NCBI GenBank assembly: GCA_963678315.1 | Contig: OY782781.1 | Span: 2,400,001-2,464,000 of the forward strand | Direction: 5' to 3' | Source of the DNA: Candidatus Cloacimonadales bacterium | Lineage (GTDB): Bacteria; Cloacimonadota; Cloacimonadia; Cloacimonadales; JAFGVF01 | DNA length: 64,000 nt | Shown here: one piece after another, positions 21,075 through 31,179 of the stretch | Layout of the letters: the number at the start of each line of letters is the position of its first letter | Numbering within the stretch: position 1 is the stretch's first letter | Notes under the pieces: generated by a model | Told to the model about the DNA's origin: nothing | Database searches by the model: none | The model's input: only the letters and a program-made list of their open reading frames with translations | Translations under genes and position numbers: made by a program

Positions 21075-21803
21075 CTAAATTACCCTAAACAAGAAAACCA
21101 TCTCACCTAAGATTCTGAATGTCTCAAGTTCAAAGTCTTCTATTATTATTACATCAAAATCAGGATTTAAAGGTTTAAGTATAACCCTCTTCTTTTCCTT
21201 ATCGAATTGTAGTTTTTTGAGTGTGACACCCTCAGGAGTCTGACAAGCACTAATCTTACCATTTAGACTTGGAATATCAATAGACTCTTTTATTACTACT
21301 ACATCTCCATGCATTATCTTTGGAGACATACTATTTCCATTAACTTTAAGAGCTATATACTTATTTTCTTGATCTGACAAATAAGCTTTTGGTATCTCTA
21401 TATACTTTGATGGAGCATCATCATAACCATTCATTGGAGTACCAGCTGCAATCTCACCATATATAGGTAGAGTTATAACCCTTGAATCAAATGGGTTGAG
21501 TTTATGTTTATATACAGAGTTATTTCCTGTCATCTCTTCTATATTCTTTTTATGCCCATCCCCATACAGATTTCCATCTGAATCTAAAACAAACATTCCA
21601 CCTTTACCAGTTAATAACCAATTTAAGTTCAAACCATAGCGTTCGTTGATACGAGCCATGGCTGTTGCTGAAGGCTTACTAGTTTTTTTTCTGTTCAACC
21701 AATCTGATAGATTACCTGATGTTACTTCAATAGTATTCGCAAACTCGGAACGCTTTATATCAAGAGCATTTACGAACATTAACAGCCTATCTTTTATATC
21801 CAT
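21075..21803 (-). CDS. CI/LexA-like phage repressor (HTH + S24 peptidase)
   Basis: HTH 'SEFANTIEVTSGNLSDW', 'NWLLTGKG', cleavage site 'IAAG', 'GNSM', 'TLKK'; start set at 21803 from AGGAG RBS and the 242-aa paralogue. Confidence 0.9.
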   Translation of the reverse strand: MDIKDRLLMFVNALDIKRSEFANTIEVTSGNLSDWLNRKKTSKPSATAMARINERYGLNLNWLLTGKGGMFVLDSDGNLYGDGHKKNIEEMTGNNSVYKHKLNPFDSRVITLPIYGEIAAGTPMNGYDDAPSKYIEIPKAYLSDQENKYIALKVNGNSMSPKIMHGDVVVIKESIDIPSLNGKISACQTPEGVTLKKLQFDKEKKRVILKPLNPDFDVIIIEDFELETFRILGEMVFLFRVI

Positions 21804-21832
21804 TTGATCTCCTATTTTACATATCATTTCAT

Positions 21833-21945
21833 TTCGCATTGTTGCACACTGATGCGATGGACTGAAACTTTTCCTTGACTACTTTCGCATATTTTCGCTT
21901 TATAGATCTAGTAATCATTATTTGCAACATTGCGAACAATGTCAA
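21833..21945. promoter_or_regulatory. Repressor/Ner switch: leftward sigma70 promoter and inverted operator pair
   Basis: minus strand TTGACA-17nt-AATAAT (21945-21917); TTCGCATTGTTGCA (21833-46) is the near-perfect inverse of TGCAACATTGCGAA (21923-36); conserved in the relic at 57.2-57.35 kb. Confidence 0.6.
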
Positions 21946-21965
21946 TAAAAATTTAGGAGGTTCGA

Positions 21966-22208
21966 ATGAGATCACCCTATAAACCTGCTGTAATAAGATC
22001 AGCTATGACGCTTAAAAGACTCACAACAAAGGCATTAGCCGAACGCTTATTCATCTCCAGAAGATCATTAGATTATTTTATTAATGAAGGAAGGCATATA
22101 AGAAAAGCAGAAGATGTCTTAGAAATTCTTCAACCTGAGCTTGATGAGATAAGTGAAATTTATCGCAAACATACTAACATAGAAGTCGAGAGTTGCGAAA
22201 AGAGGTAA
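21966..22208 (+). CDS. Ner/Cro-like small HTH regulator
   Basis: 80 aa, 'TTKALAERLFISRRSL'; divergent from repressor, ahead of transposase; AGGAGG RBS. Confidence 0.75.
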   Translation: MRSPYKPAVIRSAMTLKRLTTKALAERLFISRRSLDYFINEGRHIRKAEDVLEILQPELDEISEIYRKHTNIEVESCEKR

Positions 22209-24250
22209 TGATGGAATACAAAGAACTAACGGTTAACGATATTCAAAGAATGTTCTCGGTAAGTCAGGCTTCTGCATATAGAATGACTAAGACTTATAAA
22301 TGGGAGTTCGTTAACAAGCCTTTGAAAAAGGGTGGTAGAAAAAAACTTTATTTAGTACCAGTTAATTTAATTCCTACCAAAGAAAAACCTCTACCCTCTT
22401 TACCTAAAAGCAATAAACAGCCCTGTAAAGCAATATCTGAGGCTGTTAAAGCCGAGATAGTGGAGTATGACGATTCTATCAAAGACTTAGTACCAAGAAT
22501 TCAAGTTCCTGAAAGTGAGTTAATGAGAGCTCAGTTAAAAGCTGAACTTTGTGAGAGGATACTTTCTGAATATGAGAAGATAGGTGTAAAAAAACATGCT
22601 ATCGCAAATGTATTAGACGCTTATAATTCAGGATTGATACTACCTAAACTGTTCTTTATTGAAAGAACTAGAACAGAAAGGTCAATTCGTATGTGGCTTA
22701 AAGTATATGAAGAGAATGGTAGAGACTATAAGGTTCTTACTCGATTATCTAAAGCATCAAGTGTTAGGAAGGCAACTCTAAAGGAGCAAAACTTCTTACT
22801 GAATATATTGTTAGACGCAAACAAGATTAAGATTGGTACAGCTATTAGAAAGTTAAAGCAGTTTAGTAGACTAGGAGCTATTGAATCCCCAACCAGTAGT
22901 AGATCGCTTAGACGTTGGTGTGAAGAGTGGAGAGACAGCCACATTCAACAGTGGAATCTTCTTCGTATGGGCGAAAAATACTCTAAAGATACTTCCATAC
23001 TAAGCCTAAGCAGATCTGATGCTCTTAATGTTGGAGATGTTTGGGTTGCTGATGGACATAAGCTAGCCTTTGACATAATCGATCCAGATACAGGTAGACC
23101 AAAGAGAATGATGTTAATTCTATTCTTTGATTGGGCTAGTAGATATCCTGTTGGAGCATCAATAGCTAACACTGAGGACTCAGAGCATATACTTCTTGCT
23201 TTAAGGAATGGTATCCTTCATTGGAATGGAAGACCTAAGTATGTATATTTAGATAATGGTAGAGCATTTAAATCTAAATTGTTCCACCAAAAATGGGAAG
23301 AGCACAATTTTGAAGATGAGTTCTGTGGAGTGTTTCCTAGACTTAGCATAAAAGCTAAGTTTGCTAAAGCTTATAATGCTAGAGCTAAAGTTGTAGAGAG
23401 GTTCTTTAGAACATTCCAAGAAGACTTTGAACGCTTTATGGATACCTTTAGAGGTTCTGACATAGCTGACAAACCAGCCTTCTTAATGAGAAACGAGAAA
23501 TGGATTAAGAAACTTAAGAAACGTGAGCCTGTTACTATCGAGGAAGCTAAAATGATGATGTCATTCTACTTCCAAGAAATGTATGGTAAAACTCCACATG
23601 GAGGACTTGCAGGTCGTACTCCTCTTGAAGTGTTTAGAGCTAGTCAAGTACCTGAAGACAGAAAAATCGATGATTCAGAACTTAATTTCATGATGCTGAA
23701 GGTTGAAGAGAGAAAAGTTAGAGCTAATGGTGTTCAACTCTTTAACATTGTTTATTATCATGACTATTTAATGAATTATGTAGGTCAGAATGTTTCATTG
23801 AGGTATGACCTGATGGATATGCGTTCCGTCTTGGTTTATGACAAGAAGGGTAAGATAATATGCCAAGCACTTGCTAAGAAGAGTGTTCATCCATTTGTTA
23901 AGCTTGCTGAAAATGAGCCTATAGTTAAAAAGCAATGGCTTAAGCAACTAGCACATCAAAGAAAGCTTGAGAAAGATGTTAAAGAGAAATCAGCTGAACT
24001 ACAGAAGCAAGTGCAAGAGGCTGTATCAGACTTTGAATTACCAATTTTAGAAGTAACAAAAAGTGCCTTCAACGATTCAAGTATGTTAGAACATAAGGCT
24101 ACTGACAACCCTAGCCTAGACATAGATAAAATGGCTGAGAACACAGCTCGTTTAATTTCAAAAACAAAACAAGTACCACCTATAAAATCTATAGAAGAAC
24201 GTGGACTAGAAAATCTTGATAAAATGCTTAAACAGATAGGTATAGAATAG
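22208..24250 (+). CDS. MuA-like DDE transposase
   Basis: 'WVADGH', 'YLDNGRAF', 'AKVVERFF'; Mu C-terminal domain 'RKVRANGV..LRYD'; TAATG overlap with ner. Confidence 0.92.
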   Translation: MMEYKELTVNDIQRMFSVSQASAYRMTKTYKWEFVNKPLKKGGRKKLYLVPVNLIPTKEKPLPSLPKSNKQPCKAISEAVKAEIVEYDDSIKDLVPRIQVPESELMRAQLKAELCERILSEYEKIGVKKHAIANVLDAYNSGLILPKLFFIERTRTERSIRMWLKVYEENGRDYKVLTRLSKASSVRKATLKEQNFLLNILLDANKIKIGTAIRKLKQFSRLGAIESPTSSRSLRRWCEEWRDSHIQQWNLLRMGEKYSKDTSILSLSRSDALNVGDVWVADGHKLAFDIIDPDTGRPKRMMLILFFDWASRYPVGASIANTEDSEHILLALRNGILHWNGRPKYVYLDNGRAFKSKLFHQKWEEHNFEDEFCGVFPRLSIKAKFAKAYNARAKVVERFFRTFQEDFERFMDTFRGSDIADKPAFLMRNEKWIKKLKKREPVTIEEAKMMMSFYFQEMYGKTPHGGLAGRTPLEVFRASQVPEDRKIDDSELNFMMLKVEERKVRANGVQLFNIVYYHDYLMNYVGQNVSLRYDLMDMRSVLVYDKKGKIICQALAKKSVHPFVKLAENEPIVKKQWLKQLAHQRKLEKDVKEKSAELQKQVQEAVSDFELPILEVTKSAFNDSSMLEHKATDNPSLDIDKMAENTARLISKTKQVPPIKSIEERGLENLDKMLKQIGIE

Positions 24251-24259
24251 GAGATCAAC

Positions 24260-24973
24260 ATGCGAGAATATACCTTGGCAGAAACACAAAATGTAAAACA
24301 AGCAAAAGAACTTTTTAAGTACTTACTTAAGAGACCTAAGACTGAGATGGTTGGGTTAGGACTTATCTATGGTCCTCCAGGACTTGGTAAAAGTAGATTT
24401 GCAAGGCAAACAGCCATTAAAAACAACTATATTTACTTCAGATTAGAAGCAACTATGACAGCTAAGAGCTTTTCAGTTAAACTTCTTGAGAGAATATACT
24501 TCCACTTCGGTATGCCAAGAATAGGTATTAGAGGGAGTGCAAATGATATCTTCCAAAGATGCTTTGAGATATTAAAGAACTTCGATAATACTGTTATAGT
24601 CATAGATGAGATAGATTATGCTTTTAAGAACAAGAGAATCCTTGGTAGTATTCGTGATATAGTAGACCAAACACTATCAGTTGTTGTGCTTGTTGGTATG
24701 GCTGATGCTAAAGAAAGTTTACTCTCTGCAGATGCTCACTACTTTGACAGATGCAACTTCTTCTGCCAATTTAAACCACTAGATGTTAAAGATTTAACAC
24801 TTTTATGTAAAGAAGTGTGTGAAGTTAAGATTGATGATATAGTAATTAAACATATTGCCAAGAGGACTAGTGGTAACATTAGGAAATTCATTAAATCATT
24901 GTACTCTCTTGAGAACTTAGCTCAAACACATGATTTAACAATTATCAAGCCTCAGCATTTAGATATGATGTGA
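24260..24973 (+). CDS. MuB-like AAA+ transposition ATPase
   Basis: Walker A GPPGLGKS, Walker B IVIDEID, 'LVGM', 'GNIR'. Confidence 0.9.
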   Translation: MREYTLAETQNVKQAKELFKYLLKRPKTEMVGLGLIYGPPGLGKSRFARQTAIKNNYIYFRLEATMTAKSFSVKLLERIYFHFGMPRIGIRGSANDIFQRCFEILKNFDNTVIVIDEIDYAFKNKRILGSIRDIVDQTLSVVVLVGMADAKESLLSADAHYFDRCNFFCQFKPLDVKDLTLLCKEVCEVKIDDIVIKHIAKRTSGNIRKFIKSLYSLENLAQTHDLTIIKPQHLDMM

Positions 24974-24980
24974 GGTCTCA

Positions 24981-25466
24981 ATGCAGACTACTAACTACAA
25001 AATAATCAGAAATTTCGTGGAGTTTTATGGAAAGCCTTTCACTGGTGACGTTGTTGCTGGTGAAACTGGTATTCCAATCCAAAAGACCATTAGAGTGTTA
25101 AACACAATGAGTTATAAAGGATTAATCAAATCTATATCCATGCAAGGTAAGTTCGCTATTTATATTAAGAATAGCGACTATGTTGATAAAAATCCCATGA
25201 ACAGTTTCAATTTCGAAATCAAATTCCTAAAAGCTATAATCAGAAAGTTAAAAACAGAAGAAGTTAAAAGTGCAAGACACTTAGCAGACCTACTTAAGTG
25301 TGGAAGGAGACGTGTCACAAGATACTTAGTAGCTCTCTGTTCAATAGGTATGGTTGGCTTAGTAGATAAGAAATACAAAGTAATTAAGGATATGGACCTA
25401 CTACTTGTAGGTAGTAGATATGACAGCCAAATCCTAAAGAAACTCAAAGCTAAAAACAAACAGTAA
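24981..25466 (+). CDS. Phage protein, probable tandem winged-HTH
   Basis: basic 161 aa; 'SARHLADLLKCGRRRVTRYL' HTH-like. Confidence 0.5.
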   Translation: MQTTNYKIIRNFVEFYGKPFTGDVVAGETGIPIQKTIRVLNTMSYKGLIKSISMQGKFAIYIKNSDYVDKNPMNSFNFEIKFLKAIIRKLKTEEVKSARHLADLLKCGRRRVTRYLVALCSIGMVGLVDKKYKVIKDMDLLLVGSRYDSQILKKLKAKNKQ

Positions 25467-25480
25467 GATAAGGAGCAACT

Positions 25481-26080
25481 ATGGTAAGAAAGGAAAAGAT
25501 GTTAACTGATGCTAATGGTAGAGAATACCCAGCTAAAATACTTGATCCTCAAATCGTTAAACGTGATGCAATAGTTAATCGTTTGATGAACAGAGCCTTA
25601 AAACTAAATGGAAGGATAGTATCAGATAAAGTTAAAATGGCTGATGATATTAACAAATACCTAAATCAAACAGCTCAAAAGTATGGTGAGGAGTGGAAAG
25701 GTAATGCTGAGTTGGTATCCTTTGATGGAAAATATAAAGTCGAAATCAGACAAAGAGAACGAATTGATTTTAGTGAGAAACTTCAGATAGCTAAACAAAA
25801 GATAGATATGTGTCTAAAGCGTTGGACTGAAGATTCTAACATTAACCTTCAAGCAGTTATCAAAGAGGCATTTCAAGTTGATAAGAAAGGAGAGATTGCC
25901 AAGAGCAGAATCTTAGGTCTTAGACGTTATCATATCAAAGATACTCAATGGCAACAAGCTATGGACCTTATTGATGAGGCTATACAAGTTACCTCAACAA
26001 AGCAGTATATTGCCTTCTATGAAAGACCAAGTAAAGATAAACCATTTAGGCTTATCTCACTTAACTTTAGTGCATTGTAG
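25481..26080 (+). CDS. DUF3164 family protein (transposable phage)
   Basis: 'KGNAELVSFDG', 'AFQVDKKG', 'WQQAMDLI', 'KQYIAFYER', 'ISLNFSAL'. Confidence 0.85.
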   Translation: MVRKEKMLTDANGREYPAKILDPQIVKRDAIVNRLMNRALKLNGRIVSDKVKMADDINKYLNQTAQKYGEEWKGNAELVSFDGKYKVEIRQRERIDFSEKLQIAKQKIDMCLKRWTEDSNINLQAVIKEAFQVDKKGEIAKSRILGLRRYHIKDTQWQQAMDLIDEAIQVTSTKQYIAFYERPSKDKPFRLISLNFSAL

Positions 26081-26214
26081 TTTTTTCTTAGAGCAAAGTA
26101 TTAACTCCAAATTTAGGGAGTGTTTCTCTTTGCCTAAATTTCTGTGGTAACTGTAGGCATGGAGGTTTGACCTTGCCTCATAGCCATTATATATATGTCC
26201 TAGGAGATATAAAT

Positions 26215-26427
26215 ATGATTCAAGTTTTTAAAGAAAGCAGATGCTACACACCAGTAAATGTAGCAGAAATTTTAAATGTAGATATTAGCACAGTCTACAG
26301 ACTTATTCGTGACATAGATGATCCATTACCAGCCTTTAGATTAAAGACTAATGGTCAGTTAAGGGTTCATGGAAAAGAAATTAATAAATACCTAGAAGAT
26401 CACAAAGTCGATCCTCTTAATGAATAG
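26215..26427 (+). CDS. Excisionase/MerR-like HTH DNA-binding protein
   Basis: 'YTPVNVAEILNVDISTVYRLI..LPAFR..GQLRV'; AGGAGA RBS before ATG 26215. Confidence 0.75.
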   Translation: MIQVFKESRCYTPVNVAEILNVDISTVYRLIRDIDDPLPAFRLKTNGQLRVHGKEINKYLEDHKVDPLNE

Positions 26428-26429
26428 AT

Positions 26430-26813
26430 ATGACAGACAGGCAGATTGAGTTAGCTAAACACTTGAGAAAAACAATAGTTATTTTCGCAAAAAATGATCT
26501 CCGAATAACTGTTGATGAATTACATTCTCAGATGGAAACTTTAGGATTCGGAACCTCCTTAAGAAAACTCAATCTGCCTTCTCTCGTTAATCTTAATCTT
26601 ATTCTCAGAGGAAAAAAGAATTATACTCATGAGAATCTAGATCCTCAAGGCAAAAAAATATGGGCTCTTTACAAATCATCAAACTGGTCTAGAGAGCAAT
26701 TATATGCATTTATAGCACAGAAATTTAATAAATCAGGAATCAAATATTTAACTAAAAATGAAAAAGGAACTTTAATTAAGGTCTTACAATCTTATGAATT
26801 CAAGAGAATATAA
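26430..26813 (+). CDS. GemA/gp16 (DUF1018)-like protein
   Basis: 'SLRKL', 'QGKKIWAL', 'LYAFI', 'LTKNEKGTLIKVL' pattern and position. Confidence 0.6.
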   Translation: MTDRQIELAKHLRKTIVIFAKNDLRITVDELHSQMETLGFGTSLRKLNLPSLVNLNLILRGKKNYTHENLDPQGKKIWALYKSSNWSREQLYAFIAQKFNKSGIKYLTKNEKGTLIKVLQSYEFKRI

Positions 26814-27255
26814 AATCAAACGACAATCAGCTAAAAAACTATATCTTAAAGGAGAGACTAATGCAGTGGCTCTTGCTAAGATTTATGATGTAGCAGAAAA
26901 GACAGTTAGAAACTGGATTAAGAAAGGTAACTGGGAAGCTGAGTATGATGAGATTTCAACACTTGAAGATGAAATTAAGATAGCACTTAAAAAGGCTTTA
27001 ATTAAAGCTCTCAGAGAATATGCAAGAGCACCACAAGATACTGCCCTCCAATCTTTGGTATCACTGCTTAGACAATACAAGAAAGACTTTGAGCCAACTA
27101 AGGACTTCATTGAATATATGAAGAAGTTCTTAGATTGGTTAATTGATTTCTTCTTAACTAAGAATGAAGATGAGATAGCACGAGCTATTCAAAAAGAGAT
27201 ATTAGGAGAGTCTGGTATTGTAGAATACTTTAGAAAGAGAGCAAGTAGTGGTTAG
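26794..27255 (+). CDS. Putative terminase small subunit (HTH, DUF1804-like)
   Basis: 'AKKLYL..LAKIYDVAEKTVRNW..GNW'; overlaps large terminase start. Confidence 0.7.
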   Translation: MNSREYKIKRQSAKKLYLKGETNAVALAKIYDVAEKTVRNWIKKGNWEAEYDEISTLEDEIKIALKKALIKALREYARAPQDTALQSLVSLLRQYKKDFEPTKDFIEYMKKFLDWLIDFFLTKNEDEIARAIQKEILGESGIVEYFRKRASSG

Positions 27256-28792
27256 AATTACACAAAAAGACTATAAGAACTTTTCGGACATTGCTTCTAA
27301 AACTTCCAGTGTAAAGCCCTTTCACAATGACACACCTAGAAAACAGAAGCAAAGAATAAGGAAGGCTACCAGTAATGGCTGGTCAGCCTTCTCTTATTTT
27401 TGTGTAAGTTATTTCCCTCACATCTTCAAGCTTGAATTTGCAGATGCTCACAAGGAAATGTTTAAGATTACTGAAAAGTATAATGGAGTAACATCAATTA
27501 CAGGCTTTAGAGGACTTGGCAAAACTGTTCTCATGGGTGTAGTATATCCTATCTGGAAGATTATTAAAGGCGAACGATATGTTATCCATACTGCTGCTGA
27601 TGCAGATTTAGCAGAAGAGAGAACATCATTTACTTACAATGAGTTAACTCAGAATAAAAGACTCCAACTTGATTTTGATGGTATATCACCAATAGATAGA
27701 GATGAGTCTGATTTTTATCTTCAGAATAAATGTAGAATCAGAGCTAGAGGTATTAAACAGTCTTTTAGAGGATCTATCAACCCAAGAACTTCAACTCGTC
27801 CTGGACTAGTTATCTGTGATGATATAGATAAAGAAGAAAACATTGGTAATCAATCCATTGGTAAAAAGAAGATGGATAAGATTATTCAAGAGATTGGTGG
27901 TGCTTTAGATCCAGCTGGAAATGGTAAGATTATCTGGCTTGGTAATTTAGCACATCCTAATTATGCTATCTGTCAATTTCAACAAGACATTATTGATGAA
28001 CTCAAATCTGATATTCCAGAATTCAATCCTGAGACAGTTCAGCATCTTTATGGCTTAGAAAAAAGACTTCTAAGATTCCCACTAGAAAATCAAGATGGGT
28101 ACAGTGTCTGGGAGAAACAATATCCAACTACTCAACTCCCAAAGTTAAAGAAGAAGTTTGGTTTAACAGGTTATCAGAGAGAGTTTTTAGGTAAACCAGT
28201 TATTGAAGGCAATATGTTTAAATACCATTGGTTTATCAAATATCCCACTCTTCCAAAGAGATTTAAAAGAGTATGGATGTATGCAGACCCAGCATGGGGA
28301 GAGAAAGGTTGTTACAAGGCTATTATCTCCATTGGTTATGATGGATATAAGTTTTATGTTATCCATGTATGGATTAGACAGACTGAAAACAGCAAGTTCT
28401 TTAATTATTATTATGATGCTTATAATGAGCTATCCAGGAAGTATGGAATTAGATTTAGATCAGCCATGGAAACTAACTTTGGACAGCATAGAATATTAGC
28501 TGACTTTGATTTATGGTGTAAGGAAAACAATCGCCATCCAATATCACACAGAATCAGAAGAATCAATAATGACAAGAACAAGAATCTTAGAATTGAGAGA
28601 ACTGATACAACCATTGAAACAGGAAAAGTACTATTTCCTGATGGTCAAGATACTCCTACTCTTATAAATCAGTATTTAACCTATCCAGATGGTTATGTTG
28701 ATGGTCCTGATGCTTTAGCTGGATGTTTAGAGAGATTCCCAGAGTATGATACAGGAAAATCAAGAGTCAGAGTAAGGAGTTTTTCATTTTGA
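27248..28792 (+). CDS. Terminase large subunit
   Basis: Walker A 'GFRGLGKT', Walker B 'VICDDID', nuclease 'YADPA', 'DGPDAL'. Confidence 0.9.
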   Translation: MVRITQKDYKNFSDIASKTSSVKPFHNDTPRKQKQRIRKATSNGWSAFSYFCVSYFPHIFKLEFADAHKEMFKITEKYNGVTSITGFRGLGKTVLMGVVYPIWKIIKGERYVIHTAADADLAEERTSFTYNELTQNKRLQLDFDGISPIDRDESDFYLQNKCRIRARGIKQSFRGSINPRTSTRPGLVICDDIDKEENIGNQSIGKKKMDKIIQEIGGALDPAGNGKIIWLGNLAHPNYAICQFQQDIIDELKSDIPEFNPETVQHLYGLEKRLLRFPLENQDGYSVWEKQYPTTQLPKLKKKFGLTGYQREFLGKPVIEGNMFKYHWFIKYPTLPKRFKRVWMYADPAWGEKGCYKAIISIGYDGYKFYVIHVWIRQTENSKFFNYYYDAYNELSRKYGIRFRSAMETNFGQHRILADFDLWCKENNRHPISHRIRRINNDKNKNLRIERTDTTIETGKVLFPDGQDTPTLINQYLTYPDGYVDGPDALAGCLERFPEYDTGKSRVRVRSFSF

Positions 28793-29667
28793 CATATTAC
28801 GATAAATTAATATATCAGTATTATCAAGTTTTGAATAATTCATGGAAAAAAGAAATCAAAGAATCAGCCAAGCAAGCTCTTCAGATGCTCACAGATCTTC
28901 CAAAGCATGAACGAGTAAATAAGAGCCATATAGACGATATCTTAAATATTATATCTTCCAACCTTAACGAAGACTTTTCATCTCTTATACGTAGCGATAC
29001 TAAGTCTTTTATCAAAAGAAACCTGCTACTAGGTCTTAACGATTCACAAAAGCAAGTTCCACACAACACAAAAATAGGAATGTATGGTATCAGAGAAAAC
29101 AAATTAGAGACTCTTATAACTAAACAAAATCTCTTCTGGATTGGAAATAGATATGGCACAGATATAGAAGAGAAGTTCAAGAACACACTCAAAGAATCAA
29201 TATCTTCTGGTTACACCAAGAAAATGCTAGCAAATAAGCTTAAAGAAGAGTTCAAATCTCTTGGAGATAAGTCTCAACACTACTGGCAAGGTTTAGCAGA
29301 GCACACAGCCCTTAGAATACGAGAATTTGGCAGATTAGAAGGATATCATAAAGCTAGAGCTACAAGTTATAGACTTGTTGTGATACTTGATGATAGGACT
29401 TCGGAGATATGCAGAGCTCTTTCTGCCCAGAATAAAGTCTATCCAGTAGATACAGCTATAGAGACTATGAATGAGCTACTCAACATAGATAACAACAAAC
29501 ACTCACTTGAATCAGTAAGAGAGAAAACTAAACAAATAGCTCCCTGGGTATCTGATAAGCAAATAAAAAGAGACTCCATAGGTCAACCCATTGGAGTCTC
29601 TGGAAATTATTCACCTTTTCCACCGTATCATTGGAGATGTAGGACTACTACTGATATTGATTATTAG
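28789..29667 (+). CDS. Phage head morphogenesis protein (MuF/SPP1 gp7 family)
   Basis: 'LDDRTSEICR', 'PPYHWRCRT'. Confidence 0.85.
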   Translation: MTYYDKLIYQYYQVLNNSWKKEIKESAKQALQMLTDLPKHERVNKSHIDDILNIISSNLNEDFSSLIRSDTKSFIKRNLLLGLNDSQKQVPHNTKIGMYGIRENKLETLITKQNLFWIGNRYGTDIEEKFKNTLKESISSGYTKKMLANKLKEEFKSLGDKSQHYWQGLAEHTALRIREFGRLEGYHKARATSYRLVVILDDRTSEICRALSAQNKVYPVDTAIETMNELLNIDNNKHSLESVREKTKQIAPWVSDKQIKRDSIGQPIGVSGNYSPFPPYHWRCRTTTDIDY

Positions 29668-29671
29668 CGAA

Positions 29672-30682
29672 CTATCCTTTAGTGCAATATTTTATGTATT
29701 CTTCTGTAAAGCTATTAGATAGTTCTGTATCTTCATAAATAATATCAAATTGGTTACTTAAATAAGCTCTGCACATTGTTTTAACTTCCCTTTGTCCAGC
29801 TATATGAATTACTTTTTGTTCAATTTTCAGATTTATTTTTTTTGCAGTATGACTTTGGGTACCAATAATAATTCCTCTGTCAACTTTATCTCTAACAAGA
29901 ACCTCAATCATCCTTTGTTTCACTTGTTTGGTTACCTCTCTATTGTACCAGTTTTTTATTTCAACATAAATAGCTTCAGATGTAATTGGATCTTCTAATA
30001 TTAAGTCTTTTCCTCCATCTTTACTACTAGGAGTAAGAAAAGTTTTATACCCCAATCCTTCAAATAATTCTGCAAATAAATGTTCAACATTCCTCCAATC
30101 TATTTTTTTAAAAATGTTACCATCTCTAACAAGTTCATGAATTAAAGATTTACAAGCATTCCTAATTATCATATAATATGGAGATTTGTTTAACTCATCA
30201 TATTTCTCAATAGTTCGTAATAATCCATTCTCCCATAATCTAATTAGTTGGTCATACACTATATGTGCTTTTCGTATAAATAACTCTTGGGGGATCTTTT
30301 GAGAAAAATCATCAGGTAAGAAGTTTTCTAACAGAATAGAGTTAATCCTTAAACTATTTCTAAGCTCTTTGATTTTCAATGGTAATTTATTCTCATTTTC
30401 AACATCTAACATAATAACAGTCACAGGAATATCATGTGAAGTAGCATATTGTAACTCAGTCTCAACTAAGGTATGCCCCCATGCATCTCTAATTGAAGGT
30501 AATTCAGACCCTATTATAAAGACAAAATGATTGGATAAATCAATCAAAGATTTAACATCTCGTGATTCTTCTCCATTTTTTTCTAAAACCGTATACCCTA
30601 ATCTAGTTAAAACTTTTCTAACTATGTTTCGAACAAAAGGTGATAGTCCTGTAAAAGGACCTGAAATGAATACATTTTTCAA
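29672..30682 (-). CDS. DUF4062 (TIR/NDT-like) + Mrr-type restriction endonuclease fusion
   Basis: N-term 'VFISG..R..V..LG..IDLS..FVFIIG..TELQYA..IPV'; C-term 'EHLFAELFEGLGY..TPSSKDGGKDL..YVEIK'. Confidence 0.75.
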   Translation of the reverse strand: MKNVFISGPFTGLSPFVRNIVRKVLTRLGYTVLEKNGEESRDVKSLIDLSNHFVFIIGSELPSIRDAWGHTLVETELQYATSHDIPVTVIMLDVENENKLPLKIKELRNSLRINSILLENFLPDDFSQKIPQELFIRKAHIVYDQLIRLWENGLLRTIEKYDELNKSPYYMIIRNACKSLIHELVRDGNIFKKIDWRNVEHLFAELFEGLGYKTFLTPSSKDGGKDLILEDPITSEAIYVEIKNWYNREVTKQVKQRMIEVLVRDKVDRGIIIGTQSHTAKKINLKIEQKVIHIAGQREVKTMCRAYLSNQFDIIYEDTELSNSFTEEYIKYCTKG

Positions 30683-30691
30683 ATAAAGCTC

Positions 30692-31177
30692 CTAATTTCT
30701 TTTATCTATCATATCTTCAATTTCTGCTTCCTGAATTTTATTTCTCGCGAAACTTATTGGAAATAAACTTAGTATCAAACTCCAAATTAATAGTAGAGTC
30801 TGTATTGATATGAGTGAAAATAATACACCTCTGAATATTAATTTGTAGGAGAAAAGATTTTTAAATTGGTAAACTAAAGGACTAAAGACACTAAACAGTA
30901 AACTAAAAATTATTATCAATGTAGAATAAAGTAATGGTTTTGATAACCTGTCGAAATTTTCTACTTTTCGATATTTACCATCATATGCTACTTTTAGTAA
31001 CTCTGGCTGTATAATTGCAATCCAAGCTCCCATTATACCAAATATTATTGCCGATGTTGTTCTTAGTGATTCAAGGGTTGCAAATTGATTAGAAACTGGA
31101 ATTTTCATTCCTAGAAAAAAAGAGCAAACTGTGATAAGAGTTATCATAACAATAAAAATTAATGTTTTTATTTTCAT
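30692..31177 (-). CDS. Hypothetical 4-TM membrane protein
   Basis: four hydrophobic helices; 'LRTTSAIIFGIMGAWIAIIQP'; operonic spacing. Confidence 0.75.
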   Translation of the reverse strand: MKIKTLIFIVMITLITVCSFFLGMKIPVSNQFATLESLRTTSAIIFGIMGAWIAIIQPELLKVAYDGKYRKVENFDRLSKPLLYSTLIIIFSLLFSVFSPLVYQFKNLFSYKLIFRGVLFSLISIQTLLLIWSLILSLFPISFARNKIQEAEIEDMIDKRN

Positions 31178-31179
31178 TA

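Larger units (their letters stand above)
17578..21449. repeat. Tandem duplication, 1936-bp unit (17578-19513 / 19514-21449)
   Basis: identical 333-aa ORFs offset by 1936 bp; TATAAAGTGACACCC restarts at 19514. Confidence 0.95.

Noticed and set aside
21875..21907. Rightward early promoter with TTGACT -35
   Set aside because: No convincing -10 hexamer at 16-18 nt spacing
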